Shown here: one piece after another, positions 50,681 through 64,000 of the stretch
Layout: the number at the start of each line of letters is the position of its first letter
Position numbering within the stretch: the first letter of the stretch is position 1
Assembly (NCBI RefSeq): GCF_036321535.1
Contig: NC_087436.1
Span: 15,128,001-15,192,000, forward strand
Length of the DNA stretch: 64,000 nucleotides
From: Camelus dromedarius
Lineage: Eukaryota
Direction of reading: 5' to 3'
Made by a program: the position numbers and the translations under genes
Notes under the pieces: generated by a model
The model's database searches: none
What the model was told of the DNA's origin: nothing
What the model saw: the letters and a program-made list of their open reading frames with translations, nothing else

Positions 50681-51212
50681 AACCCTTTTCTGATTATAAA
50701 AGTAAATCCTTGTTATTTAAATCATCCTTTTCTGATTATAAGAGTAATAACTCTCATTGACAATTTGAAATATAAAGAAATTTTAAATCACTCATAGAAG
50801 CACTCAGATAAAACATTTTAGTATATTTGCTTCTAAAAGTAAATATAGGACATAGTTCCATACCTATATTACATACATTTTACAAAACTTAGATTAAACT
50901 CACCATCTCTTATAAACTACATTTTTAACTCAAAAATATATTGTGAGCATTTTACCATGCAATTATTTTCCCAAGATAGGAATTTTAATGGCTAATTTTT
51001 AGTTTCCTAGTTTATAAATACTATAGCCATTCATTAATCCTCCATTGTTATGTGAATTATTTCTGGTATTTTGCTATTAAAAGTGCTCTGATTAATATCC
51101 TCATATGTTCTTGTGCATAATTCTTTATGAACACCTCTAATACCTTAGGATAAATTTTAGATTTAGAACTGCTGAATCAAAGAATATGCACATTTTAAGA
51201 CTTCTGGTACTT

Positions 51213-51469
51213 TAAAAAAAATTTTATTGACATATAGTTGATGTACAATATTACATAAATTACAGGTGTACAACATAATGATTCACAATTTTTAACTATC
51301 CATTAATAGTTACTACAAAATACTGGCTATATTCCCTGCATTATACAGTACATCCTTGCAGCTTATTTTATACATAATAGTTTGTACCTCTGAATCCCCT
51401 ATCCCTATCTTTCCCCCCCTCCACTTCCCTCTCCCCACTGGTAACCACTAATTTGTTCTCTGTGTCTGT
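51213..51469 (-). mobile_element. L1 3' fragment inserted into an older L1
   Basis: tttattgacatatagttgatgtacaat...ctggtaaccactaatttgttctc. TSD gacttctggtactt (51199-51212) / gacttttgatactt (51470-51483). Confidence 0.88.
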
Positions 51470-51731
51470 GACTTTTGATACTTACTGTCAATTTTCCCTC
51501 CACTCACCACAGAGCCCTTTGCTTTTAACATAAAATGACTTACCCATAGGAAGTATCCCGTGTGTGTGTGCGTGACTAACCACACCCAGGGTCCTTTCCA
51601 TGCTAAGTGCAAGCCGAGTTTCACCTTAATTACACCTATAGTTGGTAAATAGAGGGGGTCCTTAGACAAAATTTTTATTCCAAAAGAGCAGCTCTGTTTA
51701 TCAGAGGCACTTCCCAGTCCAGCAGTGGAGT

Positions 51732-52452
51732 TGTTGCCAAAAAACTAGCCTCTTTGCCCCGATAGCCAAATTAAGACTCAGAGGCAGAGTTTTGGGAGAA
51801 TTAGAAAAGAACAGCTTTATTGCCTTGCCAGGGAAAGGGAGTCACAGCAGGCTGATGCCTCAGAGACCGTGAATCTGTCTTGGGGTTGGGGTCCTGAGGC
51901 TTTATAGAAAAACCTGATGGAACAGAAAGGCAACAACAGTCAGGGTGTTTTCTGGGGTGCTGTATTTCTCTTAAACTTGATGAATCCAAGAAACGTCATG
52001 CCATTATGGAGAAACTCAGGAGGGTCTGTTCATTCTTCTGAGGCTGTCAGCCTGTGACCACTTCCCAGAATCCAGCTTCTGGGTTAAAGGACAAGCTATT
52101 CTGGGTAGAGAATGTTTAGGGAGTGGAGAGTGTAACAGGAAGGTTGGGGGCTGTTGAGCACAAAAGCAGTTGAGCGAGTGAAGCAGAGGTGGGGGGTTGT
52201 CAGAGAACAGGGAAAAACAAGTTGTAAGAGTTTTAAATCAGAATGAATCAGCAGATCCTGTGGTGGCTCACAGTGAAAAAAAATGAATATATGTGTGTTC
52301 ATGTATACCTGAAAAATTGTGCTCTACACTGGAATCTGACACAACATTGTAAAATGACTGTAACTCAATAAAAAAATTTTTTTAAAAAAAGAATGAATCA
52401 GCAAATAGCTTTAGCATCAGGGAGGCCACTTTGTTAGTTTCCTGCCCTTTCA
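51732..52452 (-). mobile_element. ERV1-class solo LTR containing an L1 insertion
   Basis: TG...CA termini, 4-bp TSD gagt (51728-51731 / 52453-52456), and a minus-strand AATAAA (gctttattg, ~51815). Confidence 0.85.
52254..52389 (+). mobile_element. Very short L1 3' end
   Basis: tgacacaacattgtaaaatgactgtaactcaataaaaaa. 14-bp TSD agaatgaatcagca (52240-52253 / 52390-52403). Confidence 0.92.
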
Positions 52453-54364
52453 GAGTCACTCCTGTTTCTCAGCCACGTGGAACTGTGACACAGGACTACC
52501 TATATTATTTAAATGACAGGTTTCTGTGCATCCCTCAAATGTATTCAAATGTATTATGAGGAACCCACTTACAGTAAGGCCAGGAGAGAGAAGGCCAGCA
52601 AGCAGTGCTGTGCGAAGGACTTCAATAAAGGAAAGGTGGTTAAAAGACGTGGCATTTATCTGATTCTAAGAACTGGGGCGATGCAGAGTCCCGGAATGCA
52701 AATAGGAGGCTGCATTGCAAACCTGCACGGCTGGGCGAAGGATTGCACTGCTTACCTGGTGTAATTAAAAAGTCCCCCAAACAGATTCATGTTCCCAAAT
52801 GCCACCCCCCCTCCCAGCAGCCTTTGGTTGTGTGCCCTAGATTCTAAGTAGTAACACCTTTGGCTGCAAGCTGAAAGGTCCCTGTTAAGATGCAAATAGA
52901 TGAGCTGGAAGGACTAACACCTTAAACCATTAGCAACGTTAACAATTTAGCTCAGATGAGCTTAGCAAGTAGCTGGAGTCACCTAGAAAGGCCCCAAGTC
53001 AACGAGACCAGAGGATGCGGTGTTACACGGAGGCCAGAGTCAGGGTAGAGCAGGTAGCAAAGAAATGTTCTGGGTGATCTGGGGACAGAGGATGGCTCTG
53101 GTGGCAAAAGGGACAACAAAGGATGTTTTTGAGGACTCCGCGGAGGGAGGCTTCAGGCGAGGTGCTGGATGGGGTTCCATCAGTTCACCGGACTTGCTGG
53201 ATTGTTGAACTAAAACCTAGAGTCCTTTTCCCTGCTGGTCTCTTAACCACACTGGTTCAGAGCAGAGAACACAGCTATGGCTTCCATTCGCTGCTACCAG
53301 CAGAACTTCTAGCGAACACATGACTCCAGGTGGCCACACCTCTTACCTCTTTCTCCCCCAGGTGTCAAAGCCCCACCACATCCATTAACAAGGCAATGGT
53401 TCTATCAACAGCAACCCTGAGGAGATTTCTCTGTGCTGAAATAAGGCGCTAAATATAATAGCCTCTTCACAGTTACCTTCTCATCAGTATTATGCTGGCT
53501 TTTTCTTCCTGCCTGTCCCTGGATGATGGTAATTTTTTTCTGTCACGGTTTTCATCAGAGTTGAAGCCTCCCAGTCACTGACAGCTCAGGAGAGCCGAAA
53601 CTGCTCGCAGATTGACTTCACACAGTCACAAAATCATAACACAAGGAGAAGTTCTCACCAGCCTTCTCTCGCCAGTTAAAAACAAAGCAAATTTCTAAAC
53701 AGCAGGCTCCTTTTCCAGGCTTCACACGGCAAGGAGGGAGGCAGAGGGCACCCACTTCTCCCTCCTCCTCCCCTCCAAGTTCAAACCAGGAAACAATGAT
53801 CCTGGCAAAGGCGGTCCTAGAAACAGATATTGCAATTTCACTAATGGTATCTACAGGAAGCTAGAAATCATTCCTTGGACACGCCGTGATACTTACACAG
53901 CATCGGGCTGTGCTGAGTTCTCCTGACCCTGCAGTGTCTCCTCCCAGTTGTTGTCCATGATCTGAATGATCAGTGTGGAGCGGAGTGAACTGGTGGTGGC
54001 AGCCATCCTCTCCAGAGGTGGTGAGATGGAGACCTTGCCTTTTTGTCATCCCATGTAACAGGAGTTCCCTCCTGATCAGGACACCAGCTGCAAGGCATCT
54101 GGCATGAGGCATGTGTTAGGCAGAGATCACTAAATCTTTTTCCTGTCACCAACCTTAGAGAAACCCTAGAGATCGCTCCATTTTTGCCTTCAGGGTCCTT
54201 CTACTTCCTCCATATGCAACCTTGTTCCCCTTTTTGGTACCATCATTCTTGGAACCCCATGACCAGCATCTAACTTAGGTTTGTCCTTTACATCTAACCA
54301 AACCCTCATTTGCCTGAGACCTGGTTCTCAGATAACTATCACCAGAGAGATGATCTGAATACAT

Positions 54365-54700
54365 CAGACAGGGTGGGTGAGGTGATGCTGTGATAATAAA
54401 CAACCCTCAAATTGTAGTGGCCAAAACAGAGTAATTCAGTCTTGTTGACCGTCCATCACAGGTTGCCAGAGGGCTCTGCTCCTCCCACCTTCAGTGATCT
54501 AGGCCAACATCCCAAAAGGGAATGAAGGCTCTGGAGTCTTTTCCTGGCAATTACATGCACTGGCTCATAAATTATAAATATTACTTCCATCCTCAAGTCA
54601 TTGGCCAGAATTAATCCCATTGCCCCATCCAACCAAAAAGAGGCCAGGAAGTACAATCCTCTTTTGTGTATCAGGAGAATAGAAATATTTGGTGCATTGC
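54365..54700 (-). mobile_element. Old MaLR LTR (MLT1J/K-like)
   Basis: tgctgtgataataaacaaccctcaaattgtagtgg...tcattggccagaattaatc...ggccaggaagtacaatcct. Confidence 0.7.
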
Positions 54701-55589
54701 ATAAACGACTTGCATGCCAATTAATTAACGTACACTAAGAAGAAAAACAAAGATTCACAGTTAATGAGTTACCCCTCCCAGTGGTAGTCATTAGTACAAT
54801 GACTGTTAGGATGGTCAGTTCTCCAGTGCTTGGCAGGTGCGACCAGAGCACGGAAATGGGGGAAACCTCTCCCCAATTCAGACCTTATGTTTGCTTGATT
54901 TGCTCACAGTTCTCGAAATGGTTTGCCAGAGTGAGTCAAAAATTATATACATACATACAGACGATGAAAAGGGTGTGGTGGAAACATTTATCAAAAAAAT
55001 GCTAAACAATTTAAATTTATTTGAGGAGATCAGGGTAGAAAGAACTGGAAGCCAAGATGGGAATCTGAAAGGGACTGTGGGATGATGAAAATGGAGCTGG
55101 ACAATGATAATTCTTGCTGCTGGCGGTTCACTTTCTGGAAGCAAGAAAACAAAAACGCCAGTATGAACATCATAACATCAGTCTACCATGAAGCAATTAA
55201 GGCTTGGAGCAGAGTTGGAAAGAAGGAGACATCTGGTCTCAGAATCTGAGACTCTGGTGGAGGAATTATCGACACAATGAGGTGGTGGTGTGGGAGATGC
55301 AGACGCTTCTTGTTCTCGGCTCCAGGAGAATGGCTGGGCATCTGCGGGCAGTCCTGGCAAGGGCAGCGAGAAGTTGAGTTTCAGAAAACAGAAGGGCAGC
55401 AAAATAAGGTTCCTGTGTGTGAGCAAATGCTATACAAGTGCCCAGGGCAAAAACCAGCCAAGGCAGAAGCAAACCCCAAATATGACCCACAGTGTTGTGT
55501 CGAGGTGTCATCATCAGAGCCGGAGCAGGAGAGGGCAGGAGTCACAAAAATCTCTGTGCACCTTGGCAGCGACTCTAGGGCAGTGGGCC

Positions 55590-56378
55590 CATGAGTGACA
55601 CCACATCCAACCTCGCAGCCAGTCCTGTGGCTTCTTCATTCAGCACCCAAACAAAGGTAGACTCTGTCTTATCACCTCCGCCGGCCACCTTCCTCCAAAC
55701 CACTCTCATTTCATGCCTGGGTTTTTGTAGCAGCCCCACAGCTGCTCTCCTATTAAATTCTTGCCTCCTGATTGTTTTCTGTGAAGCAGCCAGAATAATC
55801 CCCTTGAATAATCATTTCTCTGCTCAAAACTCAACATATTCCCAATCCACTCAGAGGATCCCAAGACCTTCCCTTGCCCTCGAAAGCCATGTAGGATGCG
55901 GTCCTCTGAATCTTACGGGATATCATCTCCCTTCCTCACCCACTCAGCTTTAGTTACTCTCACTGCACTTCTCCCTCTGCCAAGCCACCTGCCTCAGGGC
56001 CTTTGCACAGAATTGCCTCGCCACCTAGGAGGCTCTTCCTCCAAGATCTGCATCAGGTCTTGCTCCCAGGCCTCATTTGGGTCTCTGCTCAAACACTATC
56101 CTATCAGCAAGGTCTTTCTTATTCATTCTATTTAAAAGAGCAACCCTGCTCTCAGCCCTGAAGGCCCTATTCCCCTCTCAACTGTCTTTCCCTAACCAAT
56201 TTAGTATGAAATGACTTGTCACATGTAACGTATTTTATATTCTACTTGTTTGTAGTATAAGTAAGCTCCAAGAGGGAAGGAGGGTTTCTTGCCTGGTTTG
56301 TTTACTGCTGTAACCCCAGCACCTAGAGCATGCCCCGCCACACAGTATGAGCTCCATACAGACGTTAACTGAATAGAC
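55590..56378 (+). mobile_element. L2 3' region
   Basis: catttcatgcctgg...gcagccagaataatc...gcctcagggcctttgcac...tctctgctcaaa...gctgtaaccccagcacctagagca...cacagta. Confidence 0.85.
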
Positions 56379-57624
56379 TGAAATTTACCCCAATCTCATC
56401 ACCACTCAGATTTAATGTCAAAGAGATATTCAACAGGCAGGCATTTCCTTTTCTTGAAATGCCCTACGAGGATTCAGAGCTTCCGCCTCCTCCTACCTGT
56501 TATCAGCTGCCACGGATACAGGTTTCTTAAAGGGGTCAAGGATGGGACAGATGCTTTACATTAGCTTTTATGTCCTCCATAAAATTAACAACAAGCAAAC
56601 CCCGAGGAATGGAGCTATAATTCTGTCTGGCAATTCTGAACCGACACCGAGTGTACGAGCTTGGCTCTCAAGGCGAAAAGCTGTTTCCAGAGCCCTCAGT
56701 GGAATTATACCTCTGTAATTCATTTACTGTTATTCATTTTATATATGTTTACAGAAGGAGCTCCCCAAAAATCACACAGCCAGCAAAACCAAAGCAAAGA
56801 AGAAAAGAAAACCTAGTGGTTTTCATGTTTAAATTACAATCATTCTGTGAGACATTATTTTGCCGCCCAACAGCACTTTGAGACAAAATACACTTAATGG
56901 CCAGGTAAACATAATACAATAGCTTTTTTTAAAAAATGAGTATTACCTTGCTCTGTCTTTGGGGATGTTATTTTCAATAGCAATATCAATTCACAAAGAA
57001 AAGTCAAAAGAATAATTACGGCTTTTTAGCCAATAGGACTGATCTATGTGAACAAGATCAGCAAAAGTATTGGGTAAAATCCTTGAAAGGCCTCTGAAGT
57101 TATTACTCAACTGCACGACCAAACTCAATCCAATAAGCCTTCATCACTGATGTCCAAGTTTCTGATGAAACAAACCTCATGCGAAATAAATAAGTATACA
57201 GATGGACTTAGAGAGATCTGGAATCAAATATGCCTTTTATATTTTTTAATTTTATTTAGTTTTCAAACCATTTAGGGTAATCAAAAGTGGTTTGTTTGAA
57301 AGAAACATTGGGGGGGAAAATGTCATTTTCCATGCAACAGACACAACCTAGAAAAAGCTAAGACAGATACACTTTCTTCAGCCAACGAGCTGCAATTTCA
57401 CTTTAACAGAGGACCTAGCAGGTTCCCACAGTGTTGATTTCTACCCACAGGGCATTCGTCTGTCACTTACGACCCATTTTATAGATCTGCTGCCCAGCAG
57501 CCTCCAGATGGTGTGTATAACATTTTACAAACGTGTCTCTTCTTCCAATCAGACATGACCTTTCAAATATATAAAACTGTACACAAGGAAACTGCCCACA
57601 AGACTTCTAGAAAAAGGCAGCAAA

Positions 57625-58345
57625 TTCAATTCACAAATGCTTTGGAGCACCTACTATGTGTGAAATATCATTCCAGGTACTGAGGATGCAGTCATGAACA
57701 AGTGGATTTTAAACCCCTGCCTCAATGAGGCTTCTATTCTAGGGGAGAGGGAGGCACAGACAGTAAACAAAATAAATAAGTTATAGATTTTGAAGGTGAT
57801 AATTATTAAGTGCTCTCAAGAAAAATCAAGTGGGAAAGTGCCAGGGAGGGAAGGGTGGGGTGCACTTCTAAATAGAATTGGCTTCACTGAGAAGGAAACA
57901 TTTAAGCCAAGACTTGATGGATTTGCCAGTATCCAGGAGAAGAGCCTTCCAACCACAGAAAACTGCAAGTGCAAAGATCCTGAGGTGGAAACATGCCTGG
58001 CGTGTGACTGGGACAGCGTGAGTGAGGGGAGACCAGTGGATAAGGTCAGGGAAGTACTGTGGGCCACATTCTGTAGTGACTCTGGCTTGTCCCCCAGGGA
58101 GGAGAACCATGGAGCAGGGTAGTGACACATGATCAATGTCTTCAAAGCATCATTCTGGCTACTTTGTAGAGAATAGCTGTTGGTGGGTAGGGGATGGAAG
58201 TGGGGGAAAAATCAGAAGCAGGGAGACCAGTTAGAAAGCGGTGGCATTGATGTAAATAAGAGAGAATGGCCACTATCTTTGGACCAAGGTAGCAGCCATG
58301 TGGATGGTATGACGTGGTTGGATTCTGAATATATTTTAAAGCTAT
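57625..58345 (-). mobile_element. L2
   Basis: gagcacctactatgtg...cccctgcctc...gcttctattctag...tgcaaagatcctgaggtgg...gaagcagggagaccagttag...gattctgaatatatttt. Confidence 0.85.
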
Positions 58346-60136
58346 ATAAAATAGGATAGAAACAATAGAATTGAGCCACTCTTAAAGATTCGTATGGCCG
58401 CTTTAAGTATCTGTGATCCTCTTCCAACCAGGTCCAGGACAGCAGTATTTACATCACCCTTCATCCATCAAACACTTGCTGGCATTCACGACATTTTTGA
58501 AGGATAGTTAAGAAGTCTGGATTATTTTGGAAGATTAAGAACCACATTAGAATTCAGAGATTCCCGAGTCAACACAAGAAATCACATCACTATATGGACA
58601 CATTGGAGGGGGTCAGGCTGACCCCTCCCGGTGCTGGGAGCTGTGACCAACAGAGCCACAGGGTACCACTTCTATGCTCAACAATTGCCAGTCCGAGTGG
58701 AGAGGCATACGAAGTTACTTCCTCCTTGCTTCCTCTGCTCTTCTTCTTCTCTGTTTGTCTCCTCCCTCTCTGCCTGTGTCAGGGCTCCCCAGGGCCCTCG
58801 AGGCACCAAGATCCAAAGAGATACTGAGCCACACTCCTGACAAGCATGAACTCCACAGAGACCACTCCTGTTCACTTCTGTGTTCTTGTCTTTTGTCTGA
58901 TGCCCACTTTTGTACAGCTTCCTGCTCAGGAGTGGGGTGGCCCTATCTCTGACTTTCTTCTATTTCTTCCATTCCTAGTTAAGAAGATAAAGCCCCAAAC
59001 TGAATAGGACCCAGCCCTATAAACTCCAAGATCAACCAAAGATTAATGGCGATGTGACCTTCCATGAGGTCTTTAAATTAGATGCTCACTGATCTGCTCC
59101 GACCAAGAAGAAGGGAGAGGAAAGCATTCTTTCTAAACAGCTGTATTCCATCTTTCAGGTTACTCGGCCCTTCCATTAAATGATCTCTCCCAGTGCTGGA
59201 GACCCACGGGAGGTCACTTGTCTTGGTCCCTGATGCCTTTGAAAATATAGCTCAAGTCTAGTACTGGAGATCACGTGGCCCAAGGAAATCAGAGTTTTAC
59301 TGTCTACTTAGTTTGTAAACCATGTCTTTTCAGCATATGCTGTGGCAGATGGTAGGTGATACCACGTGTGTTTATCTGATAGGATCCTTGCTAACGTCTG
59401 CACGTCCCACCTGCATACTCCAGAGGCCAGGACATTCTAGTCCCTGTGCTAAGAAATCCATCAAAACCAAGAAGACGTTGTGCAATGGTCAGTAACGGTA
59501 ATAGGTCTGGGCTAATGAAAATGCAGAGTTTCTCCAGGCAGAGTGGAAAAAAACCCAGCTGAACCCAGTATTGGCGGCTTTCCAGCGAGGCTGTCACTGT
59601 GATCTGTGATGCGCTATCAAGATGAAATTGGAACCAAGTGTACTTTATTCAGGACATCTATGAGATAAAAAATATAATGCTCCTTTTCTATCTTTGTGAC
59701 ATTGTTCGCAAAGATGTGATTTGGCTGTTAAAACCACTTGCGCTCTATCTCAAGGCTAAGGCTGACAATTCGGATAAAATCCTCTCTCCCTCCCCTTGGT
59801 CTGTTATCTGAACCACAGTTAGCTGTCATGGCCGCTCCACACACTGGGGCTTTGGGGAGGGGGCGGGACACTTGACTGACCTGTTACAGCTTCCCATCTG
59901 ACTCTGCTTCCGATCTCATTAATTTCCTGGGGTTCTGGGAACTGTTATTAATTTTTTTCTTTTTTAATGCCCTCAAAACAAAGTGCAGTGTTAAAAGACA
60001 AAAATAATGTTTACTTTTTAGTAATTTCATTGTATGCCCTTTATAGAAAGTTTATACATATTAGTACAAAAAAAGAAAATAAGATGCTACAGTTTTAGAT
60101 TAGCATGGTGAATATTTCAATGCATTTCCCTCCAAT

Positions 60137-60139
<3 letters not shown>

Positions 60140-60170
<31 letters not shown>
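60140..60170. repeat. (TG)n microsatellite
   Basis: Directly visible. Confidence 0.98.
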
Positions 60171-60172
<2 letters not shown>

Positions 60173-61589
60173 GTTGTTGACTTGTTTTTGTTCAAAAAGG
60201 GGGGATCTGAATGGACGATTTTATGAACTCCTTATTCCAACAACCTTTCATTTCCAACAGATGTGGGCACGCTATTTTTGCCATCATAATTAATCTGCAA
60301 GGAACCCCATTTCAGACAAGTGTCTCTCTGAAGTCTCGTAAATCACTTTAGAAGACCATCAAGAGGAACACTGGGAAATTCTCTCTACAGAGATGCAGGG
60401 TTGCAAACACAGAATCTTATCTAAAACACTCAAGCTTACTGGCCCTTCTGATTCTAGGCTTGAGCAAGCACTGGATTCTTGTTTGCTTAGCCTCAGAACC
60501 TCCAGTCGGCCTGGTACATGGGGCCATCCCAGCCTGCAAAGGGTTCCCCCAGGATGTCCTACTTACCACCCCTTCCCCTCCAAGTGTGCCTCTGGCTTTC
60601 TGCAAATAAGTCACTCTTACAAGTAAGCCCAAAGGGATTAGTTCTCTATAAGAATGCAACTTTCAGATAAATATTTTCGTACATTTTCACTGGAGATACC
60701 AGGTTATTGAGTTGGTATTGAAAATCCATTAAATGCCCGTGGTGCTAAGCAGGAGAAACAGGCACAATTTAAACCTGAGAAAAGGAACACTAAGAAGTCA
60801 CTCACTGGGATCTAGTGTTGACTAGCAGCTATCTGGAGCCCCAATATGTGACACTGTCTAGTGACAATGACACACTCCCATTAAGGAACTTCAGGGAAAC
60901 TGTAGTGGTTTGAAGAGGGACAGTGTGACCTCCTTGAAAATACTTCACTTTTGGAACAAGAAAATGGTGTGCAGCACACTCACTTGTCTTTTGTCCTCGG
61001 AACTGACGTTGCATCAAATTGGGGCCAACTGGAATTTGGCCAAGATTTCCGTCTGGGAGGCAGAGCAGTTAGGACCAGCCAGGGGCTGCCATGGGGGCTG
61101 CAGATGCCCGAGACCAATGTTCACGTTGAAACTTCAGGCAGAGAATTGCTTGCTTATTTTCTTTTTCCCATAGCTGGTGTAGACACCCATTTTCAAATGC
61201 ATACAGAATTTTTAACATTTGGAGAGGTGGACGTGGAGGAAATGAAGACACAACCACTGGTTCTTGAGAGCTAAAAATCTCAGTGAATGATGATGCAGAT
61301 CTGACATCTCACCTTCAGCAGCAGGGGATGAAGAAAATCTGTTGTATTAAACTGTTATTAAGTTCTCCTTTCCTGGGTTGTAGAAAGTGAGGAAAAGGGA
61401 CAGATACTCAAATTTCACTGCAATATTAAAAAAAAAAAAAAAATCTAGCTTAAGATGTGGCTCATTGCTGGATACTGGAAAACATTGCATTAAGTTCTTT
61501 AATAGTCATTATGTAAGGGCAATCTCGAGTCTGCAATGGATTCTCCATCTCTGCCCCTGATGACTTCTCCCTATTTCTTTCATCATTTT

Positions 61590-61749
61590 TTGATGTGGTT
61601 TTTTTGTTGTTGTTGTTTGTGTGTGTGTGGGGGGGGTGATCATTAGGTTTTTATATATTTATTTATTTTTTAATGGAAGTACTGGGAATTGAACCCAGGA
61701 CCTCGTGCATGCTAAGCATGCATTCTACCACTGAGCTATACCCTCACCC
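61590..61749 (-). mobile_element. tRNA-derived SINE (vic-1-like)
   Basis: Antisense head (gaacccaggacctcgtgcatgctaagcatgcattctaccactgagctataccc). Perfect 15-bp TSD ttctttcatcatttt (61575-61589 / 61750-61764). Confidence 0.95.
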
Positions 61750-64000
61750 TTCTTTCATCATTTTAAGTAACTATTTCATCTATTTATAAGTAACTACTGC
61801 CATCAAATAGGCAAATTCCAGGCTTCTAAGCAATGAGTTCATCTTTCACACTGGGACACACAACCTGAAGTAAACTCATTGATTGTACAGTTAAAAATCC
61901 ACAGACACCCGTGGCAATCTCACAGCCAACTGATTACACTTTGTTATGTTAAGTTTATGCTAAAATTAACTGAAGATCCAAGTAAAAACTGCCAGTATGA
62001 ATCAGAGGGAGGAGAAAAGCTAGAAACATTGCTTTCAACTATAAAAAACATTGGGTTCAAGACCTGGCACAAAGATGAGAGAAAATAAAACAAAATTTCA
62101 TTTTTACAGAGCAGGTCAGGGTCAAGGGCACTTCCATTAAAAATAATATTCTATAAATATGGAAATCAGCCCATTGTTCTCGGGAAATGTTGTGACACCT
62201 AGGAAGAAACTTGCAGGTGTCGGCATTTTCACTGGGTAACAAATGCTGACTACCAAGGAAATACATCAACAAATGCCTAACCTACAAAAGAAGAAAAGGG
62301 AGCTTGAGAAGAAAAAGACGTCTCTAGAGAAAATCTGAGTGGTTCTTGTAAACTGAGGAAGGGGGAGGTAACTGGGAAACTTGAGTGGCACAATAAATCT
62401 CAGATCTGATGGTGTGAGGAGAAAAGAGGCTGAGAACAGGAAAACTACATGAAATGAACAAGCTCAGGGAACAGAAATCCCAACTAATGCATGTAATGGA
62501 GGGTGTTTAAAGGTCGATTCACTGAAGGGAAATTTCCTGAGACACTAATACGGATGCCTCGGCCATCGCCTTGAGTGGAAGGCAGATTTTACACTACAGA
62601 TTGGAAGTCATTTTCATTTAATAAAGCCTACATCTCTGGAAAATTGGGTTCCACGAAATGAGATTTTTTTTTTTTTGTTACATTAAGTTTTACTATTAAC
62701 TTTCCAGTAGTTTTAGAGGGGTAATTTATTTGAAACATTCGAAAGTATAAAACGCTTCTAAGATAAAAATGAGTCCAAAGTTTGAAAATTAATTGAACAA
62801 ATCAATTTTCTAAGTAGCCAAACTACACTGATTTTTCAGAAAAAATAAATTGTATAGCAATTAATAAATTTGAAATTAAATGCAGTCAATTTTCAATGAT
62901 CAATGCTGATGGGAAAAGGCAGGAATGAGAAACAGGATTTACAGAGAACTCCAAAATCTCATTTCCATTTCAATCTTTTCCCCCATTTCCATTACAATCT
63001 TTTCATTGAATAATTCAAGTTTTAAAAAGCCTCTCTGTTTTCTTTCTGGTCATTAAGTAAGCATTTATGAAGGGCCTCCTATATGCTAGGCCCTTGCCAG
63101 GGCAGCCAAGGGGCTGACCAGGACCCTAATAACAACAGAGTTGGTTTCAGTTGCTTCTTTTTATCACCTTAGCAAAATGCAGAGCATAAATCAGAATTAA
63201 TAAAAAGAAAAAATTCCCTTAGTTATGTATGGGTATCTTTATCACAATTTTTCTCTAAAATAGTTTTTCACTACCTCTCATTCTTAATCCTGATCTATGT
63301 ATGAACAAGAAAATAGCAGCTGGGGAAAAATGGAGAAGGAATAGAAACCAGGCAAAAACCAAGAACAAAGTATATAGAAAATTAAGATACAGATGGGAAA
63401 GCAGAGCATAATTCAGGTACAAACAATACTGAAGTTAACCCCAATATTTCCTAGCAGATGAAGAGCTATAAAAATGGATTTATAAATGGGAATGTCATGA
63501 CTGACAAGTCAAAGGCTTACGTGGCAAGGATGTAGGAGTGAGACAGAAAAGATGTCCATCCCAACAAGTGGAGAAGGATGACAGGCAGCTGGAGAAATGA
63601 GGAAGCAGGAGCCTTTGAGCCACAGTCATTACAGAGGTGCTGGGTCAGGAAGTCTAGGACCCAAGGAGCAGGTCAGGGCCAATCATGAGGAGCTCCTTCT
63701 ACAAACCGTTTTCTAATCTACTCTCTCCACAAATATTGGAGGCCACCTATAATGAGCCAGGCACCCACAGAGCTTATCCAACTGAATGGTGTGCAGTAAG
63801 TGTCTTTTTAACCAGTAAATAAAAGAAGAAAATAATGAACAATCAAGCTGACGGTTCAGAAAATCCACACGTCCTTTAGCTCCTGCAGCCCCCCTGCTAG
63901 GTACTTTCTTATCCTTAGCTCCTGATGGGCTCTTTCTCACCTACCCATCAATAAGGACTCAAATCCCAGTCGCCATGATGTCAAACTCTCAAGGGCCACA

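Noticed and set aside
54781..55260. Protein-like ORF (LDLLTVLEMVCQSESKIIYIHTDDEKGVVETFIKKMLNNLNLFEE)
   Set aside because: No recognisable homology or convincing splice-site pair. It cannot be supported without a database search.

Overview
Mammalian genomic DNA, very likely camelid: there are several copies of a tRNA-derived vic-1-like SINE, young L1 3' ends, and no Alu, Bov-tA or PRE-1 SINEs that I could recognise. I could not identify any protein-coding gene. The supplied ORFs are short and either chance ORFs or decayed transposon coding sequence, so the window looks intergenic or deep-intronic. It is dense with interspersed repeats of all ages: CR1, L2, MIR, old and young L1, MaLR/ERVL/ERV1 solo LTRs, hAT and Tigger MITEs, and a Charlie transposase fossil. 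Many still show target-site duplications (TSDs). Family names come from remembered consensus resemblance, not a database run, and boundaries without TSDs are approximate. The most unusual structure is at 42.15-42.97 kb. It is a 237-bp inverted repeat of non-transposon sequence with one mismatch, which appears to be part of a ~549-bp multi-template insertion that also carries an inverted copy of its own pre-insertion junction. A few candidate exons with good splice signals but unrecognised products are reported as low-confidence leads.
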